DNA from: Parcubacteria group bacterium
GTDB taxonomy: Bacteria; Patescibacteriota; Patescibacteriia; UBA1558; GWA2-36-10
Assembly (NCBI GenBank): GCA_003104935.1
Contig: PQAE01000002.1
Span: 67,527-131,526 of the forward strand
Direction of reading: 5' to 3'
Length of the DNA stretch: 64,000 nt
Below the pieces are notes generated by a model that ran no database searches, was not told the DNA's origin, and was given only the letters and a program-made list of their open reading frames with translations. Both the position numbers and the translations under genes were made by a program. Positions 30,045 to 39,363 of the stretch are shown piece by piece (the first letter of the stretch is position 1; each line of letters opens with the position of its first letter).

Positions 30045-30069
30045 ATTTTGTGTTCAGTTTTACTAAATT

Positions 30070-30993
30070 ATGAATCTGCTTTCAGGAATCATTGTCATTG
30101 CCGGGCTCTGTCTATTTGAGATCATCAGTAGCATTGATAATGCCATCATCAACGCCGAGGTCTTAACCACCATGCGGCCCAAAGCGCGCCGCTGGTTTTT
30201 AATCTGGGGACTATTATTTGCTGTTTTCCTGGTACGTGGCCTCCTACCCTGGTTGATCGTCTGGGCCACTACCCCCCAACTAAATGCTTGGCAAGCCCTG
30301 ACCGCCACCTTTACCAGTGATCCCAGAGTGCTGGAGGCGGTAGAACTATCCTCACCTATGTTGCTCATCGGCGGTGGTACCTTCTTAATATTCTTGTTTT
30401 TTCACTGGTTATTTATCGAACCAAAAAACTACGGCTTCCGTGGAGAAAAATTTTTTCACGCCCAATCAGTCTGGTTTTTCGCGATAGTGGCTGTACTACT
30501 GACCCTGATCGTCTGGTTTGCCCTGCAAATTAACCCACTGATGGCTTTTGGCGCCGTTGTCGGTTCTACAGCCTTCTTTATCACTCACGGCTTTAAGCAA
30601 AACGCCGAAGTAGGAGAAAAAAATTTACTGCGCAAAAACATGTCTGATGTCAGTAAAATCCTTTACCTAGAGGTCTTGGATGCCACTTTTTCTATTGACG
30701 GCGTGCTGGGCGCCTTTGCCTTTACTTTGTCGGTGCCCTTAATATTTTTAGGCAACGGCGTCGGAGCTATAGTGGTTCGGCAAATGACCGTCGGTAATCT
30801 AGATAAAATAAAAAAATATATCTACCTCAAAAACGGGGCCATGTATTCTATTCTTTGCCTGGGAATAATTATGCTTTTAGACAGTTTTGGCTTTAACCTG
30901 CCTAGCTGGGCCTCGCCGCTAATAACCTTTGCCTCGGTCGGTTATTTTTTCTATAAATCGAAGCTGCATATTAAACAAAAAGCTGCGGCTTAA
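30070..30993 (+). CDS. DUF475 / TerC-like membrane protein
   Basis: SSIDNAIINA, YLEVLDATFSIDGVLGAFA, YL.NGA.YSI. Confidence 0.9.
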   Translation: MNLLSGIIVIAGLCLFEIISSIDNAIINAEVLTTMRPKARRWFLIWGLLFAVFLVRGLLPWLIVWATTPQLNAWQALTATFTSDPRVLEAVELSSPMLLIGGGTFLIFLFFHWLFIEPKNYGFRGEKFFHAQSVWFFAIVAVLLTLIVWFALQINPLMAFGAVVGSTAFFITHGFKQNAEVGEKNLLRKNMSDVSKILYLEVLDATFSIDGVLGAFAFTLSVPLIFLGNGVGAIVVRQMTVGNLDKIKKYIYLKNGAMYSILCLGIIMLLDSFGFNLPSWASPLITFASVGYFFYKSKLHIKQKAAA

Positions 30994-31005
30994 ATGTACC
31001 TTCGT

Positions 31006-31092
31006 TTTTCTGGAACGAAGTCGCGCTCAGCGTGACGAGCGATAGAAACTGGATTCTATCGCCCTGAACCTTACGGTTCATGGCTCCAGAAT
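31006..31092. repeat. Palindromic REP/MITE-like element, homologous to 38491..38573
   Basis: TTTTCTGGA.CGAAG..CGATAGAA..ATTCTATCGCCC..GCTCCAGAAT in both copies. Confidence 0.75.
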
Positions 31093-31137
31093 AGCCAAAA
31101 ATTTTGACTTTCCCCTGTTTTTAGAGCTATAATTATT

Positions 31138-31401
31138 GCTGTCCGGTGACTGCTGTTAGCTACCAACTAACTCCGATAATTTGCCGAAAAATTGGCTAAA
31201 TGAGTGCTCTACTTTTCTTCGAGCGAAATCGCGCTGGGCGCGATGAGTCGAGAAGCTGAGTAAAGAATTTGGGTGGAACCACCGAAAGGTGCCCTGTACC
31301 CGAACAACCCTAAAAACCCGAACGAAGTGAGCGGTTTACGGGAAGTGAGTGGTACAGGGCGAACCAATTGGTCCCAAAGCAATCTAGCTTTGGGTTATTT
31401 T
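31138..31401 (+). promoter_or_regulatory. T-box riboswitch (Thr) with transcription terminator
   Basis: T-box sequence AATTTGGGTGGAACCACC (31266-31283); antiterminator partner GGTCCCAAA; terminator CCCAAAGC/GCTTTGGG plus T-run; ACC codon in loop GTTAG-CTACCAA-CTAAC; promoter TTGACT-18 nt-TATAAT; thrS downstream. Confidence 0.8.
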
Positions 31402-31412
31402 AATTTAAAAAT

Positions 31413-31796
31413 ATGTGCACAATTACAAGCTTTTTGGAATTATTAAATAAATACTCTGGTTTAATAACTGCCGTGACATTGATATTTGGCAGTTTATGGG
31501 GAATTGTAAAATTTAGAGAACATATAAAAGACAAACGTTTTAATACATACCATAAATTAATTGATGAATTAGTAAACGAACAAATACAACCCGACAGAAA
31601 AATTAAGCTTGATCGTCAAATAGCGATAATTTATGAATTAAGAAGCTTCACAAATTATTTTGGTGTTTCAGCTAGAATACTAGATGGTTTAAAAAAAGAG
31701 TGGTCAAACGGAAACGAAAGAGTAATGGTTGAGATTGATCTGTCACTTGCTTACATGAGAAAAAATTGGTTGTGTAGACTAATAAAAAATAAATAA
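31413..31796 (+). CDS. AT-rich hypothetical membrane protein between the T-box and thrS
   Basis: 127 aa, one TM, visibly AT-richer than flanking genes. Confidence 0.7.
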   Translation: MCTITSFLELLNKYSGLITAVTLIFGSLWGIVKFREHIKDKRFNTYHKLIDELVNEQIQPDRKIKLDRQIAIIYELRSFTNYFGVSARILDGLKKEWSNGNERVMVEIDLSLAYMRKNWLCRLIKNK

Positions 31797-31839
31797 ACGA
31801 ACTGCGCACAAAACGCTATTATCTTAATCAATTAAAATT

Positions 31840-33597
31840 ATGAATAACTCAAAATTGGACCACATTCGCCACTCGCTCTCCCATATCTTGGCCATGGCCG
31901 TGCTAAAAAAATTTCCCGATGCTAAATTAGGCATTGGGCCGACTATAGATAACGGCTTTTATTATGATTTTCTCTTGCCCGATAAACTGTCCGAGGAAGA
32001 TTTGCCGGAATTGGAAAAATCCATGCGCCAGATCATCGGCCAAAAAATAGACTTTAAGAAATCCGTTTTGTCCCGCGCTGAAGCCCTGAAAAAAGTGTCG
32101 GCGAACAAACAGAACTTCAAAGAGGAATTAATCAATGATTTGCCCGAAAATGAGGAAATAAGCTTTTATGAGTCCGACGATTTTACCGACCTTTGTGCCG
32201 GCCCGCATGTTGAAAACAGCTCGGAAATAAATACGGAGAGTTTTAAACTGACGCATCTGGCCGGAGCTTATTGGCGCGGCGATGACACCAGAGACATGCT
32301 GACCAGAATTTATGGTGTGGCTTTTAACAATAAAAATGAACTGGCTGAACACCTGAAAATGCTGGAGGAAGCCAAGCTACGCGATCACCGCAAACTGGGT
32401 AAAGAATTGGATTTATTTACTTTTTCCGATATGATCGGCGGCGGTCTACCGGTCTGGCTACCCCACGGCACAGTCCTGCGCGATGAGCTGGAAAAACTGG
32501 CCAAAGAAACCGAATTTCAATGCGGCTATGAGCGCGTTTCCACCCCCGTTATTAGCAAAGAAGCCTTGTTTCTGAAAAGTGGCCATCTGCCTCATTATAA
32601 AGAAAGTATGTATGCGCCGATGGATATTGACGGCGAGGATTACTATATCAAGCCGATGAACTGCCCCTTTCACCATGTCGTTTTCCAGAGCAAGATGCGC
32701 AGTTATCGTGAATTGCCTCTGCGTCTAGCCGAATACGGCCTCTGCCACCGCTACGAAAAATCCGGCGAGCTGCAGGGACTGATGCGCGTGCGTAGTATGT
32801 GTATGAATGACGCTCACATCTATGTCCGACCGGATCAGGTCAAAGAGGAAATCAAACAGGTCATCCAGATGCACCAGTATTATTATAATTTGTTTGGCAT
32901 TGATAAGGTCAGTTTCCGCTTGTCCAAGCATGATCCGGCTGATTTGGGCGGCAAATATGTTAATATGCCCCAAGAATGGGCGGACAATGAACAGATCCTG
33001 CGCGAAGTACTGACCGAAATGAAAGTAGACTTTTTTGAAGCGGAAAACGAAGCCTCTTTTTACGGACCAAAGATCGACGTGCAGATTTTCTCCGCCATCG
33101 GCAAAGAATACACTATCGGCACGGTCCAGCTGGACTTTGCTCAGCCGCAAAAATTTGAGCTAAAATATACTGATGAGACTGGTAAAGAAGTAATGCCCTA
33201 TTGTATCCACCGCGCTCCTCTATCAGTACATGAACGGTTTATTGCTTTTCTGATCGAACATTTTGGTGCCAACTTTCCGCTATGGTTATCGCCGGTGCAA
33301 GTCAGAATAAACTCGGTGGCGGACAAACACAGCGAGTTTTGCCAAAATTTAGGCCAAGAATTGAAGAAACATTTTATCCGGGTCCAAGTCGATCTCAGTG
33401 CCGAGACTGTCGGCAACAAAATCCGTAAGAGTGCCAAAGAAAAAATTCCCTATACGCTGGTAATCGGCGACAAAGAAATGGCTTCAGACAAACTAGCCGT
33501 GCGCGTGCGTGGGCAAGAAAAGCTCTGGGAAGTGAGTAAAGATGATTTTATTAGAAACATAAGCGAAAACATCAAACAACGTAAATTAGAATTATGA
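31840..33597 (+). CDS. thrS: Threonine--tRNA ligase
   Basis: RHSLSH, DLCAGPHV, KPMNCP, FYGPKID, IHRA. Confidence 0.98.
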   Translation: MNNSKLDHIRHSLSHILAMAVLKKFPDAKLGIGPTIDNGFYYDFLLPDKLSEEDLPELEKSMRQIIGQKIDFKKSVLSRAEALKKVSANKQNFKEELINDLPENEEISFYESDDFTDLCAGPHVENSSEINTESFKLTHLAGAYWRGDDTRDMLTRIYGVAFNNKNELAEHLKMLEEAKLRDHRKLGKELDLFTFSDMIGGGLPVWLPHGTVLRDELEKLAKETEFQCGYERVSTPVISKEALFLKSGHLPHYKESMYAPMDIDGEDYYIKPMNCPFHHVVFQSKMRSYRELPLRLAEYGLCHRYEKSGELQGLMRVRSMCMNDAHIYVRPDQVKEEIKQVIQMHQYYYNLFGIDKVSFRLSKHDPADLGGKYVNMPQEWADNEQILREVLTEMKVDFFEAENEASFYGPKIDVQIFSAIGKEYTIGTVQLDFAQPQKFELKYTDETGKEVMPYCIHRAPLSVHERFIAFLIEHFGANFPLWLSPVQVRINSVADKHSEFCQNLGQELKKHFIRVQVDLSAETVGNKIRKSAKEKIPYTLVIGDKEMASDKLAVRVRGQEKLWEVSKDDFIRNISENIKQRKLEL

Positions 33598-35015
33598 TAA
33601 ATATTCCTCAGGCCTTGACCTATGACGACGTGCTTTTGGTCCCGAAAAAATCCACGATCAGCTCACGCAGTCAGGTCAATACCACTACTAAAATATCTCG
33701 AAATCTGGGGCTAAAGATTCCCTTGGTCAGTGCCAACATGGACACCGTTACCGAAAGCCAAATGGCTATAGCCATGGCTCTGTCCGGGGGCCTCGGTGTA
33801 ATTCACCGCTTTTGCGATGTCACCAGGCAGGCGCGAGAAGTAGCTCGGGTTAAACGTAAACAAAATATTGTTATTGATCATCCTTTTACCGTGTCCCCGG
33901 AAGAAAATCTAGCCGCGGTCAAGGCTAAGATTATTGAGCATAATTGCAAAAGTTTTTTGGTCAGCGACCGGGAAAATAATCTCTTGGGAATACTCACCAA
34001 CCGCGACATAAAATTTGTCAAAGACGAACAGACTTTGGTCCGAGATATGATGACAGCAAAAGAAAAGCTGATTACCGCCCGCGATGGTATCAGTCCGGAA
34101 GCGGCCAAGGAACTTTTAACCAAACATAAAATTGAAAAACTGCCATTAGTAGATGAAAATTTTAAAATTAAAGGACTGATTACGGCGGCGGATTTTCTCA
34201 ATCATTTTAATAACAATCAAGCGGCCAAAGATAATAAAGGACGGCTCTTGGTCGGAGCGGCCATCGGCGTACGCGGTGATTATATGGAACGGGTAGATGC
34301 TCTGGTCAAGGCCGAGGTTGATTTATTAGTCTTGGACATTGCTCACGGACATTCCGAAATCGCTATCAAGGCGATCAAAGAAATCAAAACTAAATATCCT
34401 CAAATGGAGCTAGTCGGCGGCAATGTGGCTACTCGCGAAGGCGCGGAAGATTTAATTCAGGCCGGAGTGGATGCCATCAAAGTTGGCATTGGGTCGGGTT
34501 CAATCTGCACCACGCGGACAACTACCGGCTTTGGTGTGCCGCAGCTTACAGCCATTATGAACGCCTCCCAGTCCTGCCGCAAACATAATATTCCTCTGAT
34601 TGCCGACAGCGGCATTCGTAAGCCGGCCGATATTGTAAAGGCCTTAGCCGCCGGCGCGGACACGGTCATGATTGGCGGACAATTTGCCGGCACCGATGAA
34701 GCTCCCGGACCGATTATCACTTACCAGGGAAGACGCTACAAGATATCACGCGGCATGGCTTCTCTGACCGCCGCTCTCTCCCGCCCTGATGCCAAAGAAA
34801 ATCTCAGCCAGATTACTCCCGAGGGTATAGAAGCCCGCGTGCCCTATCGCGGACCGGTACAAAACATTATTGACCTATTTATGGGGGGACTGCGCTCCGG
34901 TATGAGTTATGGCAATGCTCAGACTATCGCCGAACTGCGCGAACACGCCGAGTTTATCCAGATCACGGCCGCGGGATCAATAGAATCCGGTTCGCATGAT
35001 AATGAATTGTTATAA
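33594..35015 (+). CDS. guaB: IMP dehydrogenase with CBS pair
   Basis: [35 protein letters not shown]. Confidence 0.92.
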   Translation: MINIPQALTYDDVLLVPKKSTISSRSQVNTTTKISRNLGLKIPLVSANMDTVTESQMAIAMALSGGLGVIHRFCDVTRQAREVARVKRKQNIVIDHPFTVSPEENLAAVKAKIIEHNCKSFLVSDRENNLLGILTNRDIKFVKDEQTLVRDMMTAKEKLITARDGISPEAAKELLTKHKIEKLPLVDENFKIKGLITAADFLNHFNNNQAAKDNKGRLLVGAAIGVRGDYMERVDALVKAEVDLLVLDIAHGHSEIAIKAIKEIKTKYPQMELVGGNVATREGAEDLIQAGVDAIKVGIGSGSICTTRTTTGFGVPQLTAIMNASQSCRKHNIPLIADSGIRKPADIVKALAAGADTVMIGGQFAGTDEAPGPIITYQGRRYKISRGMASLTAALSRPDAKENLSQITPEGIEARVPYRGPVQNIIDLFMGGLRSGMSYGNAQTIAELREHAEFIQITAAGSIESGSHDNELL

Positions 35016-35187
35016 TATCCAATAAATATAAAAATTAATCTTCGCCAAAAGCGGAGATTTTTTTATAATATTATACTATTGACAATTCTACTAAAATATG
35101 TTAGTATATAAAGTCCCTTAGGAAATCCTAAGAGACTCTCCCGGCTGGGAGAATTCACATCCTACGTGGCGTTTGGAGGTGAATAAA

Positions 35188-35397
35188 ATGACACTGACTT
35201 CTCAGCGCAAGGGTGAGATCGCTCTCGCTGCCATCAAGTTGCAGGTGCAACGCGAAGGCATCCGGAACTTCAAACCCCGGGCCATGAGGCGTCGGATGGG
35301 CGAGTTTGCCAAGCTCACCGGATTCTCGGTGGACGAGCTCGAACAGTTCTTTCGGGAAATGTTCCAGGAGGTCCTGGACGAAACTCTCGCGAAGTAA
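35188..35397 (+). CDS. Small hypothetical protein (69 aa, solo accessory gene)
   Basis: GGAGGTGA SD before ATG 35188; promoter TTGACA(35079)-17 nt-TAGTAT. Confidence 0.7.
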   Translation: MTLTSQRKGEIALAAIKLQVQREGIRNFKPRAMRRRMGEFAKLTGFSVDELEQFFREMFQEVLDETLAK

Positions 35398-35409
35398 GTA
35401 GCGAGATGT

Positions 35410-35517
35410 AAAGAGGGAGAGGGGTTGAGACCGCCCGGGTCTCGTGAAAGGGTAATTGTGTTCTCCGGCTCACAGGCCGATGGAACCAGAATAAGAACCC
35501 TACCTCCTCCCTCTTTT
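35410..35517 (+). ncRNA. Structured 3' RNA element
   Basis: Closing stem AAAGAGGGAG/CTCCCTCTTT enclosing the GAGACC/GGTCTC hairpin and a further arm. Confidence 0.45.
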
Positions 35518-35596
35518 ATGTTTGCTAAAATAGATTTATTAACATAAAAACGCTCCCGAGTCTATGACCCGGGAGCGTTTTGAAAACAGCGCACAG

Positions 35597-36709
35597 CTAG
35601 TTGTTCCGACGGGGAACTTCAGCCGACCGCTTTTTCTCCGCAGCGTAAAGGAACATGATGGCAACTAACAGCAAACCGACGCCTACCCACTCTTCACTCT
35701 TTGGCCAAGGCAGCCCCAAGAGCCAATGAGCCCCCAGCGTAGCTATCACCCCGGCCAACAGCGAGGAGGTCCGATTAGCCACACCGGCGAAAGTCGCCGT
35801 ACGCCCCCGATACATGAAGATGAACACCGAAGTGAAGGCAATACAGCCGTAGAAAACACCGGAGGCGTTTGCCAATAGATTGGCATGGTGAGCCGCTTGC
35901 TGCAAATCAAGCAAGCGCGGGTCCGTCCAGTGGAAAACGCTGGTCGCCCACAAGAGTAGCGGCACGGTCACTATCAGAGTGGCCCAGGCCGCGAACTGCT
36001 CATAGGAGAAGTAACCCTTGTTGTCCTGCTCGCGACCGTGCCGCGTGTTCTTGTAATAGTTCATGCAGTACAGTCGGATCGCATAGGCGATCACATAGGC
36101 AGCCAGCACGATGTAATGGAAGGTGTCTAACCCGGAGGTCGTCAGAGCGACCCCGTTTTTCGGAGTAGCGACCGCTGCTACTGTCGGGAAAAGCCTCGCT
36201 TTTAAAGGCCCGTACAGCATCATCACGGCCACCGCCAGCAAGGCCAGAATCACGGCCCAGCTTTCTTCCGCATAGACGCGCTTGCGCATCAGTCCCTGTC
36301 TGATTTGGATCCAATCCACCAGGCGACTGATAACAATAACACAGCCGCGCATGATGGCCATGGCCACCATCACCGACAAACCGGTGCGCGTGTACATCAA
36401 TGTAGTGCCGGGAATGATGACCGCGGCGCAGATCCCAGACAATACAATGTAAGGAGTCTCCACCGGTGTGCTGAACAGACCGAACCGGCGTCGATCACTG
36501 CCGGGCATGCGGTACCAGCGCCAGACGAGCACCACGGCCAGCGCGACGATCACGCTACCGGTAGTGTTGTAATAGGTGTAGGTCAGCTCCGGCAGGCCGA
36601 GGTTATGGGTGAAGTACTTAGCCGAAATGCCATTAGCGACATAGAGAATACAGTACAACCCACATAACTTGACCAGCGGGCGGATGTCAGGCAAGCCAGA
36701 TGTTTTCAT
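35597..36709 (-). CDS. Multi-pass membrane protein (DMT/EamA-like), GC-rich
   Basis: About 10 TM segments; GAGGG SD, own TTGACA promoter and terminator at 35547-35581. Confidence 0.7.
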   Translation of the reverse strand: MKTSGLPDIRPLVKLCGLYCILYVANGISAKYFTHNLGLPELTYTYYNTTGSVIVALAVVLVWRWYRMPGSDRRRFGLFSTPVETPYIVLSGICAAVIIPGTTLMYTRTGLSVMVAMAIMRGCVIVISRLVDWIQIRQGLMRKRVYAEESWAVILALLAVAVMMLYGPLKARLFPTVAAVATPKNGVALTTSGLDTFHYIVLAAYVIAYAIRLYCMNYYKNTRHGREQDNKGYFSYEQFAAWATLIVTVPLLLWATSVFHWTDPRLLDLQQAAHHANLLANASGVFYGCIAFTSVFIFMYRGRTATFAGVANRTSSLLAGVIATLGAHWLLGLPWPKSEEWVGVGLLLVAIMFLYAAEKKRSAEVPRRNN

Positions 36710-36837
36710 ATTATCCCTCGCATTTTTTGCTGCAATCAAGATTGTGACGAACCAAAACTAACCCTTAAAGTTACTCTTCGCCATAAGTCTTGTCAAATGT
36801 CCTAAAAAAAGTTAGTATAAATCATAAAAGAATTTTT

Positions 36838-38166
36838 ATGTCGTCAAGCAAACCGCTAAAAACTAGACAATTACCGAAAAAAAAATTTCATCTGCTGATA
36901 TTCGGCTGTCAGATGAATATTTCGGATGCCGAACGATTGGCCAAGATATTGACCCAGATCGGTTATGAGCAAACTAAAAATGAATCTGAGGCCGACCTGA
37001 TCGCCGTGGTGGCCTGTGCAGTCCGCCAAAAAGCGGTCGATCGAATACATGGCAAAGTGCGCAACTGGCAGCTGGTTAAGGAAAAACGTCCGCTGGTCAC
37101 CCTGCTTTCCGGCTGTGTCTTGGCCGCTGACCGCAAAAAGCTGGCCGACAAATTTGATTTGTTTATTGATATTAAAAAACTAGACACTCTGCCGGAGCAG
37201 ATTCAGGCTTTGGCGCCCGAGGAAAAACTGGCCCTACCGGATTTTTTTGATATTGAACCGAGCTACTACTCGGCTTACCGGGCCTACGTGCCGATCATGA
37301 CCGGCTGTAATAAATATTGTACTTATTGCGCCGTACCCTACACCCGCGGCAAGGAAATTTCCCGGCCTTCGGCCAATATCTTGGAAGAAATTCAGCATTT
37401 GCTGGAGCACGGCTACAAAGAAATAGTTTTGCTCGGCCAAAATGTAAATAGTTACGGCCTGGATAAAATGGAGGGAATAAAATTTCCCGAATTGTTGCAA
37501 AAAATTGACAAGCTTGGTGATAATTTTTGGCTGAAATTCTTAACCAGCCATCCCTACGACATGTCCGATAAACTGATAAAAGTAATGACCAAAACCAAAA
37601 ACTTGAACGACTATTTGCATTTACCGATGCAGTCCGGTTCTGATGCCCTGCTAAAAAGAATGAACCGTCATTACTCTATCGCCCAATACAAAAAATTAAT
37701 TAGAAAAATAAAAAAATCTTTACCCCAAACCGCTATATCTACAGATACTATTGTCGGATTTTGCGGAGAAACTGAGAAAGAATTTCAGGCCACTGCAAGT
37801 CTGTTAAAAACATTAAAATTTAATATGGCCTACTTGTCCCAATATTCTCAAAGGGCCGGCACCGCCGCCGCTAAGCTTTACAAAGATGATGTGCCTAAGG
37901 CGGTGAAAAAGGAACGCTGGAACAAACTCAATAAAATACTGACAAAAAATTCCCTAGATTTTAATAAAACCATGCTCGGCCAAACCAGAGATGCGCTAAT
38001 CGATTACGTTGACAAAACTGGTAATATTTATAATAATATTGGGAAATTATCAAATTATATTTCAGTGCACATAGCCACAACAAAACCCTTACCTATCGGC
38101 GAATTTACCCAAGTAAAAATTGTTGAGGCCAAAGCCTGGGGCGTCAAGGCGGAAGTGGTAAAGTAA
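36838..38166 (+). CDS. miaB: tRNA methylthiotransferase MiaB
   Basis: FGCQMN, CAVRQKA, GCNKYCTYCAVPYTRG, LLGQNVNSY. Confidence 0.93.
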   Translation: MSSSKPLKTRQLPKKKFHLLIFGCQMNISDAERLAKILTQIGYEQTKNESEADLIAVVACAVRQKAVDRIHGKVRNWQLVKEKRPLVTLLSGCVLAADRKKLADKFDLFIDIKKLDTLPEQIQALAPEEKLALPDFFDIEPSYYSAYRAYVPIMTGCNKYCTYCAVPYTRGKEISRPSANILEEIQHLLEHGYKEIVLLGQNVNSYGLDKMEGIKFPELLQKIDKLGDNFWLKFLTSHPYDMSDKLIKVMTKTKNLNDYLHLPMQSGSDALLKRMNRHYSIAQYKKLIRKIKKSLPQTAISTDTIVGFCGETEKEFQATASLLKTLKFNMAYLSQYSQRAGTAAAKLYKDDVPKAVKKERWNKLNKILTKNSLDFNKTMLGQTRDALIDYVDKTGNIYNNIGKLSNYISVHIATTKPLPIGEFTQVKIVEAKAWGVKAEVVK

Positions 38167-38192
38167 AAAATAACAATTTAGGAAGAAAAGCG

Positions 38193-38477
38193 ATGTCACA
38201 AGGATTTGTTTATATTTTGACGAATAAGAATAATGCCGTATTATATACGGGAGCTACTAATGATCTGATTCGGCGCACTTATGAACACAAAAACCGCTTG
38301 GTGGAAGGATTTACCAAAAGGTATAATATAGATAAACTGGTATACCACGAGGTGCTGGAAGATATTTTTCAGGCCTACCAGAGGGAAAAACAAATAAAAA
38401 ATTTACTTCGGACCAAGAAAATCAAATTAATTAACAATTTTAATCCCGAATGGAAAGACTTGTATAATACCTTGTAG
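38193..38477 (+). CDS. GIY-YIG nuclease (UPF0213-like)
   Basis: FVYIL...LYTGATNDL.RR..EH, REKQIK, NPEWKDL. Confidence 0.92.
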   Translation: MSQGFVYILTNKNNAVLYTGATNDLIRRTYEHKNRLVEGFTKRYNIDKLVYHEVLEDIFQAYQREKQIKNLLRTKKIKLINNFNPEWKDLYNTL

Positions 38478-38490
38478 TTAATCGAACCGC

Positions 38491-38573
38491 TTTTCTGGAG
38501 CGAAGCGATAGAAACTCCTTACGAATCAACTTGAGATTCTATCGCCCCTCGTCTGCGCTCGGGGCTCCAGAAT
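38491..38573. repeat. Palindromic REP/MITE-like element, homologous to 31006..31092
   Basis: Shared motifs with 31006..31092; lies directly after the GIY-YIG gene. Confidence 0.75.
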
Positions 38574-38584
38574 GGCAAACTATT

Positions 38585-39310
38585 ATGCCTAAAATAAAAC
38601 CAAAACTAATCGTCGTCATCGGTCCCACTGCTTCCGGCAAGTCGGCTTTGGCTGTTAAAATTGCCAAAAAATTTAACGGAGAAATAATTTCCGCCGACTC
38701 CCGGCAAATATATAAAGACCTAGATATCGGCGCCAATAAAACTACACAAAAAGAAATGGCCGGTATCCCCCACCACCTACTCGACATCGCCCGGCCCAAT
38801 CAAAAAATAACCCTCTTCAACTGGCAAAGAAAGGCTTTCGTCACGATAAATAAAATAATTACAAACAAAAAAATTCCGATTCTCTGCGGGGGCACCGGGC
38901 TCTATCTCTGTTCCGTATTGCAAAATTACAAAATGCCCCAGCAGAGCCGTCCCTGTCCTTATGATTTTATTATTTTCGGACTTAGCCCGAATCGCCCCGA
39001 TCTGTACAAAAAAATTGATCAGCGTGTCTTAGCCATGTTGCAGGACGGCCTGATCAAAGAAGTCGACAAAATCTACCGCCAGTATCCGGACAAAAAGCTC
39101 AATGCACTGACCGGCATCGGCTACAAAGAAATTATCGCCTGGTTGGATAATAAAATTAGTTTTCCGGAAGCTGTCCGTCAAATCCAACAAAATACACGCC
39201 ACTATGCCAAACGGCAGATGACCTGGTTCCGGCGCATGGAAAAACAAGGTTTTAAAATTCACTGGAATTTGTCTTGGCCGAAAATACAAAGCGAAATAAA
39301 AAAATTCTAA
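38585..39310 (+). CDS. miaA: tRNA dimethylallyltransferase (short form)
   Basis: GPTASGKS, ISADSRQIY, GGTGLY, GIGYKE, YAKRQMTWF. Confidence 0.92.
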   Translation: MPKIKPKLIVVIGPTASGKSALAVKIAKKFNGEIISADSRQIYKDLDIGANKTTQKEMAGIPHHLLDIARPNQKITLFNWQRKAFVTINKIITNKKIPILCGGTGLYLCSVLQNYKMPQQSRPCPYDFIIFGLSPNRPDLYKKIDQRVLAMLQDGLIKEVDKIYRQYPDKKLNALTGIGYKEIIAWLDNKISFPEAVRQIQQNTRHYAKRQMTWFRRMEKQGFKIHWNLSWPKIQSEIKKF

Positions 39311-39325
39311 TTTGAAAAGGTAACT

Positions 39326-39356
39326 AAAACGCGCCGCGTCTGACGCGGCGCGTTTT
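39326..39356. terminator. Bidirectional palindromic terminator
   Basis: AAAACGCGCCGCGTC-T-GACGCGGCGCGTTTT between convergent miaA and gatB. Confidence 0.8.
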
Positions 39357-39363
39357 CAAATGT

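Noticed and set aside
35869-36667. Alternative ORFs within the GC-rich membrane gene
   Set aside because: Shadow frames expected at higher GC; no expression signals.
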